Shown: positions 29,557 through 41,325 of the stretch, in pieces
How positions within the stretch are numbered: the first letter of the stretch is position 1
How the letters are laid out: each line of letters starts with the position of its first letter
Assembly: GCA_964633035.1 (NCBI GenBank)
Contig: CAZWCY010000002.1
Span: 320-64,319, forward strand
From: an uncultured Candidatus Saccharibacteria bacterium
GTDB lineage: Bacteria > Patescibacteriota > Saccharimonadia > Saccharimonadales > Saccharimonadaceae
DNA length: 64,000 nt
Direction: 5' to 3'
Translations under genes and position numbers: made by a program
The notes under the pieces: generated by a model
Told to the model about the DNA's origin: nothing
The model's database searches: none
What the model saw: only the letters and a program-made list of their open reading frames with translations

Positions 29557-30246
29557 CTACCCAAACAAACACGCCTGTTGTGAAACCGGTAAACTCAAAT
29601 AGAAACTGGTGCCATCACGGTGCCGCACCGCCCCGATTTCAGCGTGCATATAGTCGGCAAATTTGGATGCAATATACAATCCCATACCCGAGCTGCCTGG
29701 GCGCATTGTAATATCAGTGGGCTGCGTCAGACCGCCAGTTTTTAATTCGCGCCAAATTTTAACCGGCAAAGCCGGACCGTAATCGCGCACACTGATTCTA
29801 ATCTGCCCCGCCACATCATTTACCGCCAAGACACTGCATAGCTCCGGTGCCGAATAGCGCATCGCGTTGGTGCAGAAGTTATAAATAATGCTATACAATA
29901 AATCATGATTTGCCACCGCCAGCTTCTGCCGGTTCTGATATTTGATTTTTAAGCTCCGATTCTGAAACTTAAACAATGCGCCCACATCACGCGTCACCGC
30001 TTCGCAAACTCCACGCACGCTTACCGGCTCCATGGCAAAAAGCCCATCCTCGAGCCGGGCGACCTTAGTCAAATCATTCACCTGTCTTAGCGCCCGTTCC
30101 GAAACATTCACCATCTGCGCACAAAGGCGTTCTTTTTTTTCTTCATTCTCAGTCAACTCTAATGACAACGCTAATTGCCGCATCAAACTCAGCGGTGCCT
30201 TCAGCTCATGCGCCGCTACCAGCACTCCGTTTACCTCACTTGCCAT
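29557..30246 (-). CDS. Soluble histidine kinase
   Basis: AHELKAPL, NAMRY, VRDYG, GMGLYI; no TM segment. Confidence 0.88.
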   Translation of the reverse strand: MASEVNGVLVAAHELKAPLSLMRQLALSLELTENEEKKERLCAQMVNVSERALRQVNDLTKVARLEDGLFAMEPVSVRGVCEAVTRDVGALFKFQNRSLKIKYQNRQKLAVANHDLLYSIIYNFCTNAMRYSAPELCSVLAVNDVAGQIRISVRDYGPALPVKIWRELKTGGLTQPTDITMRPGSSGMGLYIASKFADYMHAEIGAVRHRDGTSFYLSLPVSQQACLFG

Positions 30247-30359
30247 ATCTTCATTATAGCACAGAGTCCAGCCAAAATCGCGCACAGGTAAAAATTACAA
30301 GTTCGCCATTAACTACAGCGCTGAGCCAGCCTACTTACGGCACCCGCAAAAGCTCAACC

Positions 30360-31157
30360 TTATTGAATTAAGGTCACCGACTCCAAAATCCGATAAAAGT
30401 CGTCCAAGAAATCTTCGGCATCCGTCTGCAGCTGAATCGTTTTATCGCGTAGCTTCAAAATCATCACCGCACCGCGGCGATCGGTCGCTAATTCACCAGT
30501 ATAAATATTCGCCAGCACTCCGCCCACCGTCTCCGTACGCAAAGTTAACTTACCATTCTTAATTGAACTTTCGTAATTACGCACCACCGATTCAAACGGC
30601 GTATCCCGAATCAAGACCCGCAAGGCATTAATGGAATTGGCACTCACCGGATTTACTTCTACTGGATTCATGTAGGCCTCGTAATCGCCGCCATTCGCCG
30701 CATCGCGCGCCACATAGACACTCCAAGTTTGCGGATACTGGAAACTAAAACTACCGTAATCTGCTGGCCCCATAAAGTTCTTGTACGGGAATTTCTCACG
30801 CTCAGCAAACTCCGCCTCTAGCTCCGTAGTACGTTCTTCCACTGCCACCGCTACCGCCGCATCAATCCGGCCGTTCATATCCATTGAAATCGCATCCCAT
30901 TCAATATATTTCTGTACATACAGCCAAATAAAAATCACTGCCACCAGGCTAACAATTACCAATAAAATTGTTTCAATCAAAGTATTATGAGTTTTTTTCT
31001 TGGCTGCCTGAGCATTTGGCTGCATTGAAGTCAGCTGCACACCCGTATTGAGTGGCGCTGCACCTGCCGCTGACGGCGCAAACTGCGTTTGCTGGGCTGG
31101 TTCGATCATACTGCCATTCGGCATAGAATTATCTTGCATATTATTATTATACGCCAA
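30360..31157 (-). CDS. Single-pass membrane protein, unknown function
   Basis: TM followed by FSFQYPQTW (PsbP-like motif). Confidence 0.75.
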   Translation of the reverse strand: MAYNNNMQDNSMPNGSMIEPAQQTQFAPSAAGAAPLNTGVQLTSMQPNAQAAKKKTHNTLIETILLVIVSLVAVIFIWLYVQKYIEWDAISMDMNGRIDAAVAVAVEERTTELEAEFAEREKFPYKNFMGPADYGSFSFQYPQTWSVYVARDAANGGDYEAYMNPVEVNPVSANSINALRVLIRDTPFESVVRNYESSIKNGKLTLRTETVGGVLANIYTGELATDRRGAVMILKLRDKTIQLQTDAEDFLDDFYRILESVTLIQ

Positions 31158-31160
31158 ACT

Positions 31161-31367
31161 TTAGCTTTTTGTAAAGTCTTCCACCACTTCAATTTTATTT
31201 TTTAGCGTAGCCAAGTCTTTGGCAATCTCACCCGCTAATTGATTCGCTTGCTGATATTTCGCCAAAGCTTGGTCCAGCTCAAAGTCATCGCCATAAAACC
31301 ACTCCACCATTTCGTCTAGTTCACTCACCCGTTTACTAATTGACTTGTTATCTGCGCTTTTGGACAT
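31161..31367 (-). CDS. xseB: Exodeoxyribonuclease VII small subunit
   Basis: 68-aa helical protein (LDQALAKY) overlapping xseA. Confidence 0.85.
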   Translation of the reverse strand: MSKSADNKSISKRVSELDEMVEWFYGDDFELDQALAKYQQANQLAGEIAKDLATLKNKIEVVEDFTKS

Positions 31368-32442
31368 TTTTCACCTCCGCTGTAATTAATTGTTGCATTG
31401 TCGTTAGTTGAATTTCATTACCAATCGCCACTTTGCCAAGAATAATCGCATAGCCACGCTGTAAAACTTGCTCTGGATTTAGACTTTTTAAAACTTTTTG
31501 CGTTTCTTGCAAATGGCGTTCCGTTTGTTCAACTCGTAGTAAAATCTGGCGTTTAATGTCTTGCGCCAGATCTTGCAAGGCTTGTTCTTGATGAATAATC
31601 TGATTCAATATTTCGCGCTTCGCACTACTCAGGTTGAGCTGCAGACGCCGCAAAATCTCCTGGCGGTCAAAAGTTAAGCGCTCCGCCGCATTGGATGGCG
31701 TAGAAGCTCGCACATCGGCCGCTAAGTCCGCCAAACTTTCATCAACTTCATGTCCAATTCCCGTCATCACCGGTATGCGGCTGGCCGCGATCGCTCGCGC
31801 CAAACCTTCGTCGTTAAAAGCCGCTAGGTCATCGGCGCTACCACCGCCGCGCAAAATCACAATTGCTTCTACTTCGGCGCGCTGGTTAAAATATTCCAGT
31901 GCTCGCACAATCTGCTCTGGCGCTACCAAGCCTTGTACTTGCGTATTCGCAGTTTGAATTTCCATACCACCCCAACGATTGCCAATAATCTTTAAGAAAT
32001 CTAGATACCCTGCTGCACCCGTCGAAGAAATCACCCCGATCCGGTTCAGGCCTTGCGGAATCGGGCGCTTGCGGGCTGGATCAAACAATCCTTCGGCAGT
32101 GAGTTTTCGCTTCAATAGTTCAAAGTTTTTCTTGATACTACCCTCACCCATCGGCATCACTTGTTTCACTGTCAGCGAAAACTTTCCCCAGCGCGTCAAC
32201 TTCGGTGTTGCTCGTACCCGCACTTTCATGCCGTCCGTCAAAGCCGCTCTGAGTTGCGAAACTACCATAAAACAGTTCACACTGGCATCGCCCTCTTTCA
32301 GATCAAAGAAAACCCATTTGCCTTGATTAACCTTAAAACTCGCCACTTCCCCCTCTACTACCACATCAGCAAAAGCATAATCCAGCGACTGGTTACAAAC
32401 TTCAATAAATTGCGAGACGGTTAGATTAACTTCAGTCGGCAT
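31348..32442 (-). CDS. xseA: Exodeoxyribonuclease VII large subunit
   Basis: VEGEV..FDLK, EGLFD, RGGGS..DL..FN, GIGHE.D, TPSNAAE, LQRGY. Confidence 0.95.
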   Translation of the reverse strand: MPTEVNLTVSQFIEVCNQSLDYAFADVVVEGEVASFKVNQGKWVFFDLKEGDASVNCFMVVSQLRAALTDGMKVRVRATPKLTRWGKFSLTVKQVMPMGEGSIKKNFELLKRKLTAEGLFDPARKRPIPQGLNRIGVISSTGAAGYLDFLKIIGNRWGGMEIQTANTQVQGLVAPEQIVRALEYFNQRAEVEAIVILRGGGSADDLAAFNDEGLARAIAASRIPVMTGIGHEVDESLADLAADVRASTPSNAAERLTFDRQEILRRLQLNLSSAKREILNQIIHQEQALQDLAQDIKRQILLRVEQTERHLQETQKVLKSLNPEQVLQRGYAIILGKVAIGNEIQLTTMQQLITAEVKNVQKRR

Positions 32443-33508
32443 GATCCATCTTCGCCTTTTCTTGACGACCAATCTTAGAAATTGAGTGCTGGTAGAAACC
32501 ATAGCCGCTAATAATCGTACTCGCCAGCACAATCACCCGCGTCATCAATACTACCGTTGTAGCCAGTGAAATTGACACCCCGAGCGACACCATAATCCCG
32601 GCCATGCCAAGCTCATATAATCCATACGGTACCACCGCGCCCATCACCGAGCCAATGGCTTCACCAATCATAATCTGCGGCATAATCTCCGGATGCCCCA
32701 AGCTCGCCGCCACAATCCAATACGTCGCAATCTCCAAGAAGCTATATACAATACCCCAAAGAATCGGCCGAATCAAAATCTTCTTGTTACGTCGTGCTGT
32801 CATCAAATCATCGTGAATATCATTCAAATATTTATCAACTACGGCCTTCTTGATTACTTCTGGGTGTCGCCCAAACGTCACCTTGCGTACCACAAAATTG
32901 CACAACTTGGTCACGTTTTTACCAAACCATTCAATCCGACTTTTACCACTTGCTATTATAATTAACAAAGCAATCCCGGCAATAATCCCCACACTAAGTA
33001 GCGCCGTAATCCAAATTACCCAACTCCCCGCCGCTGGCACGCCACCCATCAAAAGTAGCACGACGATCGCCACAATGGTCTGTAATTGATTCGCACAAAT
33101 CGTAATTAGATACCGCAGCACATACATAAAACTCGACTGCCCCGCCGTAGCCCCAAATGGCTTCAAGCGCCAAGTAATATAGCCCAGACCGCCCAAACCG
33201 CCTGCTGGAACGGCATGGTTTACAAAGTTCAACTCTAATGACACGCGCATCAAAGTCCAGGCCGATACCTTTTTAGCATCCTTCTTGGCCGCCATGTACG
33301 AAAAGAACATCTGTCCACAGCAAAAATACATAAATAGCTGCTCTGGAATCAAGAGCAGTAATATCAAGATATTAGTCTCGCTGAGATGGCCAATTGCTTC
33401 TTTGATATCGCCAAAATTCTTATAAACTACATAAATAATCAGTGCTAAAGTCAAGACCGTAAGAACAGTCCGAAACGAAATTTTAGGTTGCTTTTTTTCT
33501 TGAGTCAT
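32432..33508 (-). CDS. Lysylphosphatidylglycerol synthase TM / flippase-like protein
   Basis: About 8 TM segments, NHAVPAGG, PYGLYE motifs. Confidence 0.75.
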   Translation of the reverse strand: MTQEKKQPKISFRTVLTVLTLALIIYVVYKNFGDIKEAIGHLSETNILILLLLIPEQLFMYFCCGQMFFSYMAAKKDAKKVSAWTLMRVSLELNFVNHAVPAGGLGGLGYITWRLKPFGATAGQSSFMYVLRYLITICANQLQTIVAIVVLLLMGGVPAAGSWVIWITALLSVGIIAGIALLIIIASGKSRIEWFGKNVTKLCNFVVRKVTFGRHPEVIKKAVVDKYLNDIHDDLMTARRNKKILIRPILWGIVYSFLEIATYWIVAASLGHPEIMPQIMIGEAIGSVMGAVVPYGLYELGMAGIMVSLGVSISLATTVVLMTRVIVLASTIISGYGFYQHSISKIGRQEKAKMDHAD

Positions 33509-33657
33509 GAGTCAATTATAGCATATCTCGTAGCTAATACTGCCATTTTTTCATGGCGCCTACCCTCATTACATCAATAGCTTACCTATCGTAGCCATGT
33601 GTTTTCGATACATTCTTAGCTTCTGTTAATGTCAAGAATATGGTACAATTATGATAT

Positions 33658-34785
33658 ATGAAAACTTTTCTCGCCGTCTTAGGACGTCAACCCCTCATCT
33701 CGGTTGCAGAGCTTGAAAGTCTCTGTCATTGTGTTCGCTTGGTTGCACCCAGCTTGGCTGAGTTTGAGACCGATCTCGATCCTAAACAGCTCATCTTCCG
33801 TCTCGGTGGCACCCTCAAAATTGCCGCTCCGATTAATGTGCCGATGTCGCAATTTTGGCAAACGCTCCCACCCGAGGGCAAAATTGTCCTTGGCGTTTCT
33901 GATTACTCCCGCAAAACCAATCCCTACCTCGCTCAGAAAGAAGCGCTCAAATGGAAACGTTTCCTCGCTAAGCAAGGTCGTAGCGTTCGTGTAATTCCTA
34001 ATAAAACCGCTACTATCTCTAGCGCCACCAGCATTCACAATCATCTTTTTACGCCCACTCATCTCGAGATCATCAAAAATGGCGCTAAGTATTACCGCGT
34101 GGTCGCCGTACAGAGTATCGAAGCTTACGTGCAGCGCGATCAAGCTCGCCCCGCCCGTGATGCCAAAGTTGGCATGCTGCCGCCTAAGCTCGCCCAGATC
34201 CTGATTAATCTCTGTGGTAATTTACCAGCCGGTACACGTTTACTCGACCCGTTTTGTGGCACTGGCGTAGTTTTACAAGAAGCCGCTCTCATGCACTATA
34301 TTCCTTATGGCACCGATCTTAGCGAACGCATGGTTGAATATTCTCAGCGTAACCTTGACTGGCTCGCTCGGCAACATTCGCAGCTCGATTTTCTGGGCGC
34401 TAGTGTCGTCGCTCAAGGCGATGCCGAGACCTACCAGTGGCAAGCCCCAATCGGCGCCGTTGCTTGCGAGACTTATCTTGGCCCACCCATGTCGCTACCA
34501 CCGGCCGATATCAAGCTCAAGACTGCTAAGCAGGAGTGTAAAAGTATCATTTTAGGCTTTCTCAAGAACTTAGCTGGGCAACTCTCACCCCAAACGCCAG
34601 TCGTAATTGCCGTGCCAGCTTGGCTTCGCCCCGACGGACATTATGAACGCTTAAATTTGCTTGACGAAATAGATAATCTGCGCTATAATGTAGTAAGATT
34701 TAAGAATTTGGGGCAAAAAGACTTACTTTATCATCGCGAAGGTCAGGTTGTTGCCCGAGAAATAATAGTTTTAAGGAAAAAATAG
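33658..34785 (+). CDS. SAM-dependent RNA methyltransferase (Trm11/UPF0020-like)
   Basis: GMLPPKLAQILIN, LDPFCGTG, GTD. Confidence 0.85.
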   Translation: MKTFLAVLGRQPLISVAELESLCHCVRLVAPSLAEFETDLDPKQLIFRLGGTLKIAAPINVPMSQFWQTLPPEGKIVLGVSDYSRKTNPYLAQKEALKWKRFLAKQGRSVRVIPNKTATISSATSIHNHLFTPTHLEIIKNGAKYYRVVAVQSIEAYVQRDQARPARDAKVGMLPPKLAQILINLCGNLPAGTRLLDPFCGTGVVLQEAALMHYIPYGTDLSERMVEYSQRNLDWLARQHSQLDFLGASVVAQGDAETYQWQAPIGAVACETYLGPPMSLPPADIKLKTAKQECKSIILGFLKNLAGQLSPQTPVVIAVPAWLRPDGHYERLNLLDEIDNLRYNVVRFKNLGQKDLLYHREGQVVAREIIVLRKK

Positions 34786-34788
34786 CAT

Positions 34789-35061
34789 ATGTCACATGTT
34801 AAAGCTGGCGGTACCGCCAAAAATATCCACAACAATGCTGGTCAGCGCCTTGGTGTCAAGCGTTTCGGCGGCCAAAAAGTCCGCAACGGCGAAGTTCTTG
34901 TTCGCCAGACTGGCGCCACTAAGCTCGCCGGCGAAGGCACTTACATGAGCCGCAATTTCACGATTCATGCCGCCAAAGATGGCGTAGTTACCTTTGTCAA
35001 AACCAAGAAAAACCACTTCTCTGGCAAGTCCGTACCTCGCGTCCGTGTCGAAGTTCGCTAA
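34789..35061 (+). CDS. rpmA: 50S ribosomal protein L27
   Basis: MSHVKAGG, QRLGVKRFGG, LVRQTG. Confidence 0.97.
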   Translation: MSHVKAGGTAKNIHNNAGQRLGVKRFGGQKVRNGEVLVRQTGATKLAGEGTYMSRNFTIHAAKDGVVTFVKTKKNHFSGKSVPRVRVEVR

Positions 35062-35070
35062 AAGCTAAAT

Positions 35071-35098
35071 AAAATCCCCGGATTATCCGGGGATTTTT
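35071..35098 (+). terminator. Intrinsic terminator after rpmA
   Basis: AAAATCCCCGGA-TTA-TCCGGGGATTTT. Confidence 0.85.
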
Positions 35099-35184
35099 GT
35101 TAGAAAAACATTTTTATCCTGAAAATCACTAATATGTTGTAATTTTCACAACAGCTTATAGTTTTAAGCGCCGTCATTAATACA

Positions 35185-35230
35185 TTTTATGTTAAAAAGC
35201 TTGACTTTTTTAAGTATGTGTGCTATAATG
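35185..35230 (+). promoter_or_regulatory. Sigma70 promoter, near-identical copy at 37339-37384
   Basis: TTTTATGTTAAAAAGCTTGAC..GTGTGCTATAATG; 44/46 identical to the second copy. Confidence 0.8.
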
Positions 35231-35384
35231 AAGATATAGGATAATTTTCTTATCCTTGTGGTTGGTTTTTGTTGATTTTTTCAATCTAACCCAGCCTTAT
35301 TAAAATTTAGGTCAATTCGCACTTCATTTAGTCAGTTAGTCGAGCTAGTTCTCGACTTTCTAGAAAAAATAGGGGGTATACCAA

Positions 35385-36401
35385 ATGAAAAAGAAGCGCA
35401 CCATTTCCCTGCTCCTCGCAATCATCATGCTGTTTAGCGTGATGATCACGCCAGCCGCCGCTGTCACGGGCCAGAGGGGTACTTTCTATGCCACCATCCC
35501 GGCAACGGGCTGGTCCGGTAAGATTCACCCGGCCTACAGCAGCCGCGACTACGCAAACAACGACATGACCACAATTTACGTCAGCGAAGACCATCTGCCC
35601 GTCAAAGTCACGCTCACCGGAGAGAACCATTACCAGACTTTTGAGCTCGACCAATACGACATCTACTACCTCAGCGTAGAAGACGAAGACAGTTTTGGTC
35701 GCTTTGCCGCCGACTCTCTCTTATTTATCTCAATGATCGGCTGGCCATTCCTCTTCCGCGACTCTCCGCATGCTTATGCTACGGTCAAGATTGCTCCGCC
35801 CGAGAAGAAACAGGACAAACCCGTCATCAATCATGAAACCGGCGAACCCGCCAACCGCCCCGCCACCCCTGACTCTTTGGAAGATCGCTATAAAACCGTT
35901 CTGAAGGCTTTAGATCTCCCCTTCTCCTACTCTGAGTACACGCCCTATGGCAGAGAATTGAAGGAATTCTTTACTGGCGGTGAATGGGACGGCTCCAGCC
36001 GCAACGATGCCAGATCCAACGACAATTACGCTGGCTATGTGGCTAATCGCAGCATCTATCGCCGCACCTACTCTTGGCACGCCTCTAACCTGTACAACGG
36101 TGAAACGTGCGAGTGTAGCGTCAACGTGGATTATCTTGGCAATCTTGAGACAGTGCCGGGAGTAACATCCGACCAAGATTTTACCTTGGCGGTCGATCGC
36201 AAAAACGGCGTAATCGAAGAATGGTCTCTCTTAGAGCAACGCGATTCTTGGAATCTCGACCTGCAGGGGGCAACCATCAGCAAGATTCTGCCGCTTGCCG
36301 GCGACGGTGATGACTGCCGCGCCATGCTTTACATCGATGACGCCGCTGGTCAGCACATCTGGTCGCTGTACAAGGGTGGCGAAGTTGCCAAATTGACCTA
36401 A
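35385..36401 (+). CDS. Secreted hypothetical protein
   Basis: Sec signal peptide MKKKR..PAAA; GC-richer codons; terminator at about 36447-36471. Confidence 0.8.
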   Translation: MKKKRTISLLLAIIMLFSVMITPAAAVTGQRGTFYATIPATGWSGKIHPAYSSRDYANNDMTTIYVSEDHLPVKVTLTGENHYQTFELDQYDIYYLSVEDEDSFGRFAADSLLFISMIGWPFLFRDSPHAYATVKIAPPEKKQDKPVINHETGEPANRPATPDSLEDRYKTVLKALDLPFSYSEYTPYGRELKEFFTGGEWDGSSRNDARSNDNYAGYVANRSIYRRTYSWHASNLYNGETCECSVNVDYLGNLETVPGVTSDQDFTLAVDRKNGVIEEWSLLEQRDSWNLDLQGATISKILPLAGDGDDCRAMLYIDDAAGQHIWSLYKGGEVAKLT

Positions 36402-36606
36402 ACGAGACAAAAGCCTCACCTGGTTCGCAGTTACCACTACGAATATCGCCCCGGTTTCGACCGGGGCTTTTTATATTGATAAAACCAAACTATCTAGAAA
36501 AGTTTTGAACATAGCGAAATCCCCCAGCATAGACCTGGGGGATTACAGAAAGCCGGGAAATTTTGCCAAGTGATGCCGAGATTTATCGCTGAGTAGAATT
36601 TACTCA

Positions 36607-37107
36607 CTATGAGTCGCAAGGTGCGCGCGTTCCTTGAATCTGTTTGCGCCAAGTTGAGCGGTTGCGCGAAACGCTCACCAAATTAAATGTCATCGTTTCA
36701 AACATAACCATGCCCGAAGTGAAGTTGATGTTAAAACTTGATGTAGCCATCAGAAGCGCAAACCAGGCTGCCAAAACGACTATGTGGATAAGAATCCCTA
36801 CCAGCCATCACACTACCAGCATGATTTGATACGGCATAGCCCCCGAAATCTGCAGGCGTTCACTATGATTTTGAGAGACCCATGAGCCACCAATGCCAAT
36901 CGACAGCGTTTCCTGCGAATGCTGCAGAAAACCGTTGTAAATCCAGTCATCCCAGCGTCGCAGCACTAACTGATAGATGACCACATAGGCTATCATCGTC
37001 ACGACCGCGATCACAAACATGGGCGTAAAGATCGCACGGAATAGCTGAATCGGCAGCGTCAGCATCCACTTCATCGCCATCACAAAATTGGGGACAAAAT
37101 CTTCCAT
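36607..37107 (-). pseudogene. Membrane protein gene interrupted by an in-frame TGA (36808-36810)
   Basis: AGGAGG RBS; frame continues for 66 sense codons after the TGA (..IMLVV*WLVGILIHIVVLAAWF..). Confidence 0.6.
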
Positions 37108-37338
37108 TTTTCCTCCTAACGTACTACCAAATTACTGGGTTTGGTCACCCAAATTCGAGATCAAAAACAAAAAATACTGTCTATCTCATATCTCGTATAC
37201 TCATTATATCATACTATAGTAATATGTCAAATCCGCTAGCTAACTTGGTCAGTTTTTTGACAAAAAATATTGAGCTGGCGGGGATAACGAATAGAGATAA
37301 TCTTCGTATTATCTCTTGAGTAACGCAACCAGCAAGCT

Positions 37339-37384
37339 TTTTATGTTAAAAAGCTTGACATTTTTAAGCATGTGTGCTATAATG
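37339..37384 (+). promoter_or_regulatory. Sigma70 promoter, copy of 35185-35230
   Basis: TTGACA-17nt-TATAAT with extended TG. Confidence 0.8.
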
Positions 37385-37462
37385 GAAGAATAGGGTAAAT
37401 CCTAGTACCTCACATCCATTATGCGTGTCTATACACGCTAGATTTGAAAGGAGAAACTGCCT

Positions 37463-38155
37463 ATGCTGCTGTGCTTCCACGATCCTGAGGTTCCCTACTA
37501 CATATCTAAGGACCTCTACTACAGCTTGGAGGACTTTCAAAAATTATTTGGACGAATCAAGAGCAATGCCCAGACACTCTGCAAAGAGATTCCTAATGTA
37601 GTGGATCATGGTCGCCATGACTCTACCACCTACGAGCAGGATAAGTTACTGAGCGAGAAGATGGAACAGAAGTTCGTTACCGTTCGACCAACCTACGATG
37701 CGCTGCATAGAGATGCGTGGCTAGTTGACCAGATACGCATCGAATACGTACTCAGTTTCTGCCGCAGCGATAACCACGAACCCTTCTTCCAGGTAGCTGT
37801 TGGCGGTCCCGATCCGCTTTTTGCTGTCGAAGAGGCCTTGAACGAGTACTTAAGTACACACCCGTGTGATTTCACCTATAGTGGCTTCAACGGCGTCACG
37901 TATCTGATTGAAGATTTTTGCCAGACCTGCTGCATCAAGGAAGAGAATGATAAGCTGTTGTTTGAGTATCCGGACGACTTCCTCTACCAAGGAGAGGGGA
38001 TGCGCACCGATACCGAAGAGGTGCGCAAAGAGCACCTGCAGAATATCATTAACTACTGTGACGAACAGAGTGCCAAAATAGCCGAGTTCTTCGCGCAGGC
38101 CGAAAAGGTTGTCGCTGACCATGGTGTCAGTGAGAACACTAGCGCCGCCTCCTAA
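37463..38155 (+). CDS. Hypothetical protein
   Basis: 230-aa ORF with AAGGAG RBS, own promoter and GC hairpin terminator at about 38171-38198. Confidence 0.75.
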   Translation: MLLCFHDPEVPYYISKDLYYSLEDFQKLFGRIKSNAQTLCKEIPNVVDHGRHDSTTYEQDKLLSEKMEQKFVTVRPTYDALHRDAWLVDQIRIEYVLSFCRSDNHEPFFQVAVGGPDPLFAVEEALNEYLSTHPCDFTYSGFNGVTYLIEDFCQTCCIKEENDKLLFEYPDDFLYQGEGMRTDTEEVRKEHLQNIINYCDEQSAKIAEFFAQAEKVVADHGVSENTSAAS

Positions 38156-38226
38156 ACAAATCTATACCCTGCCCCGGCTCTACGCCGGGGCGCTTTTATC
38201 ATCTCCGGATTTCGACTTGGAAGTCG

Positions 38227-41145
38227 TTACTCTGCCAACATTGCCTTCAGATACTTACCAGTTGGAGTTTTCTCGTCCTTAGCGAGCTGCTCTGGCGTAC
38301 CCTGCGCCATCACGCGGCCGCCGTTCTGGCCGCCTTCTGGACCCATATCAATAATCCAGTCCGCCGATTTAATCACATGCAAATTATGTTCAATTACAAT
38401 CATTGAGTTACCGCCATCCACCAAGCGTCCCAAAATTTCTAGTAGCCGCTTCACATCATCGGTATGCAAACCCGTGGTTGGCTCGTCAAGAATATAGAGC
38501 GTTTTACCAGTGCTGCGGCGCGAAAGCTCCGTAGCTAGTTTAATTCGCTGTGCTTCACCGCCCGAGAAGGTCGTGGCTGGCTGGCCTAGTTTAATATAGC
38601 CTAAGCCCACCTCTTGAATCGTCTTCAGTTTCGGCGCAATCGCTGGAATATTGGCAAAGAATTCCACGGCTTCATCAATCGTCATATCCAGGACTTGCGA
38701 AATATCTTTACCCTTATACTTCACTTCCAGCGCCTCATGATTGTAGCGTCGGCCATGACAGACCGGACAAGTCACATACACATCGGGCAAGAAATGCATC
38801 TCAATCTTATTCACGCCATCGCCCTGACAGTGCTCACAGCGACCACCCTTGACGTTAAAGCTAAACCGCCCCGCCTTGTAGCCGCGCAATTCTGCTTCTG
38901 GCTGCTTTGCAAACAACTCCCGAATCTGATTAAACACACCAGTATACGTAGCAGCATTAGAACGCGGCGTACGGCCAATTGGCGACTGATCAATTACAAT
39001 CACCTTATCAAGATACTCAATCCCATCAATCCGATCATGCAACCCCGCTACCGTCTGAGCCCGATTTAAGCGCGCCAGCAATTCATTGGCCAAAATCTCG
39101 TTCACCAAGGTCGATTTACCGCTACCAGATACACCAGAGACCACCGTCATTACGCCAAGTGGGAAATGCACATCAATATTTTTGAGATTATTTTCGCGCG
39201 CGCCGACTACTACCAATTCTTGAATATCACCATGTTGATGCGCGGTAATATCTGCACTAGCCGGAATTTTCTTTGGCTTACGGCGCTTCTTAGGCACTGG
39301 GATTGTCGCTGCACCCGACAAATATCGCCCGGTAATCGAATCTGGGTCATTTGCCACTTCTTCTGGTGTACCCGCGGCAATCAAGCGTCCGCCGTTCTTA
39401 CCGGCACCCGGGCCAATATCCACTAAGAAATCTGCCGCCCGCATCGTATCTTCATCATGTTCCACCACAATCACTGTATTCTTGAGGTCGCGTAGATGTT
39501 TCAAAGTAGTAATCAATTTGTCATTATCGCGCTGATGCAAACCAATCGACGGCTCATCCAAAACATACAACACGCCCTGCAAGCCCGAACCAATCTGAGT
39601 AGCCAAACGAATCCGCTGCGCTTCACCGCCCGAAAGTGTATTGGCTGCCCGCCCCAGCTCTAGATAGCCCAAGCCCACGTCCTGCATAAACTGCACCCGT
39701 TCGCGAATTTCCTTCAAAATCGGCTCAGCAATTAGCTTCTCGCTCTCAGTAAATTCCAGATCTTTGCGCAATACCTCTAGCGTAGAATCAACATCAAGAT
39801 TACACATATCCATAATATTCAAGCCATGCACTGTCACCGCCAACACCGCCGGCTGTAAACGCGCACCGTGACAAGTCTGACATTCGTGCACCCGCATGAA
39901 CTTCTCGATATCTTTACGAATAAATTCCGAATCGGTTTCGCGGTGACGTCGTTCCAAAGTCGGAATCACACCTTCAAAAGTCGATTGGTAAGTCGCGCCA
40001 TTGCCCCACTTACCGTGGCCACCCACCTTCACCTCGTATTTTTCCTTACCGGTACCATAAAGAATGACTTGCAAATTCTCTGGCGTCAGTTCTCGAATCG
40101 GCACATGGCAAGAAAACCCATGCCGCGCGCCTACCGCCTCTAAGCGTTTTAGCCACCACGATTCTTGCGTCACGCGGTTAAACGGCCGAATCCCGCCCTC
40201 CGCAATAGTGAGATTGGGGTTCAAAATCAAGTTCGGATCAATTTCTAGCCGTGTACCCAAGCCTGTACAGGTCGGACAAGCTCCCTGCGGCGCATTAAAA
40301 CTAAACAGCCTGGGTTCCAGCTCTGGAATCAATTCATCTGGGTGCAGCTCACAAGCATAACGCTGCGAGTAGGTCAAAATCTCCGTATCGTCCGCGGTTT
40401 TATTCTCCCCTACCGCGGTTGAATTATCATTAATCTTGAGCAGCTTAATAATGCCCTGCCCCAATTCCAAAGCCTGCTCAATCGAGCCAGAAATCCGCGT
40501 TAATAAATCTGGCGACAAGATAAATCGGTCCACCACGATTTCAATATCGTGCCGATCATTCTTATTTAGCTCCGGAAATTCATCCAGCGCGTAGATAATT
40601 CCGTCAATCCGCACCCGCGAGAAACCTTTGGCCTGATACTGATCCGACACATGCTGAAAACTACCTTTCTTCTGCGAAACAATCGGCGCCAGCAGCATCA
40701 ACTTGCTACCTAGCGGCAACTTCATTACTTCATTAATAATATCCTCCACGCTGCGCCGGTGCACCTCGCGATGACAAATCGGACAGTGCGGCACCCCCAC
40801 TCGCGCGAACAAAAGCCGCAAATAATCGTAAACTTCCGTCACCGTGGCCACAGTTGAGCGCGGGTTCCGGCTGGTTGACTTCTGATCAATCGAAATCGCT
40901 GGGCTTAAGCCCGTAATACTATCCACATCTGGCTTATCCATCACGCCCAGGAACATGCGCGCGTAACTTGAAAGGCTCTCTACATAACGCCGCTGCCCCT
41001 CCGCATAAATCGTATCAAACGCCAAACTCGACTTTCCGCTTCCCGAAAGCCCCGTAATCACTACTAATTTATCGCGTGGAATATCCACGTCAAGATCTTT
41101 AAGATTGTGCTGCCTCGCACCACGGATTTTGATAAAATTATCCAT
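38227..41145 (-). CDS. uvrA: Excinuclease ABC subunit A
   Basis: Two ABC domains ([18 protein letters not shown]), zinc fingers, LSGGEAQRI. Confidence 0.98.
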   Translation of the reverse strand: MDNFIKIRGARQHNLKDLDVDIPRDKLVVITGLSGSGKSSLAFDTIYAEGQRRYVESLSSYARMFLGVMDKPDVDSITGLSPAISIDQKSTSRNPRSTVATVTEVYDYLRLLFARVGVPHCPICHREVHRRSVEDIINEVMKLPLGSKLMLLAPIVSQKKGSFQHVSDQYQAKGFSRVRIDGIIYALDEFPELNKNDRHDIEIVVDRFILSPDLLTRISGSIEQALELGQGIIKLLKINDNSTAVGENKTADDTEILTYSQRYACELHPDELIPELEPRLFSFNAPQGACPTCTGLGTRLEIDPNLILNPNLTIAEGGIRPFNRVTQESWWLKRLEAVGARHGFSCHVPIRELTPENLQVILYGTGKEKYEVKVGGHGKWGNGATYQSTFEGVIPTLERRHRETDSEFIRKDIEKFMRVHECQTCHGARLQPAVLAVTVHGLNIMDMCNLDVDSTLEVLRKDLEFTESEKLIAEPILKEIRERVQFMQDVGLGYLELGRAANTLSGGEAQRIRLATQIGSGLQGVLYVLDEPSIGLHQRDNDKLITTLKHLRDLKNTVIVVEHDEDTMRAADFLVDIGPGAGKNGGRLIAAGTPEEVANDPDSITGRYLSGAATIPVPKKRRKPKKIPASADITAHQHGDIQELVVVGARENNLKNIDVHFPLGVMTVVSGVSGSGKSTLVNEILANELLARLNRAQTVAGLHDRIDGIEYLDKVIVIDQSPIGRTPRSNAATYTGVFNQIRELFAKQPEAELRGYKAGRFSFNVKGGRCEHCQGDGVNKIEMHFLPDVYVTCPVCHGRRYNHEALEVKYKGKDISQVLDMTIDEAVEFFANIPAIAPKLKTIQEVGLGYIKLGQPATTFSGGEAQRIKLATELSRRSTGKTLYILDEPTTGLHTDDVKRLLEILGRLVDGGNSMIVIEHNLHVIKSADWIIDMGPEGGQNGGRVMAQGTPEQLAKDEKTPTGKYLKAMLAE

Positions 41146-41325
41146 ACTAAATACGCATTATACCTTATATTTTTATTTTTGACAAGACTCGCAAAGCAAG
41201 AATTAAGGAGATAAAAACGCCCCCGAACCGTAGCTCAGGGGCATAAAGAAGAAGTGACACTCGATATTTTCCGTTCCAGACAACGTCTCATCGGCAAAGG
41301 TCTATATTGCATATTTTTGAAGCCA

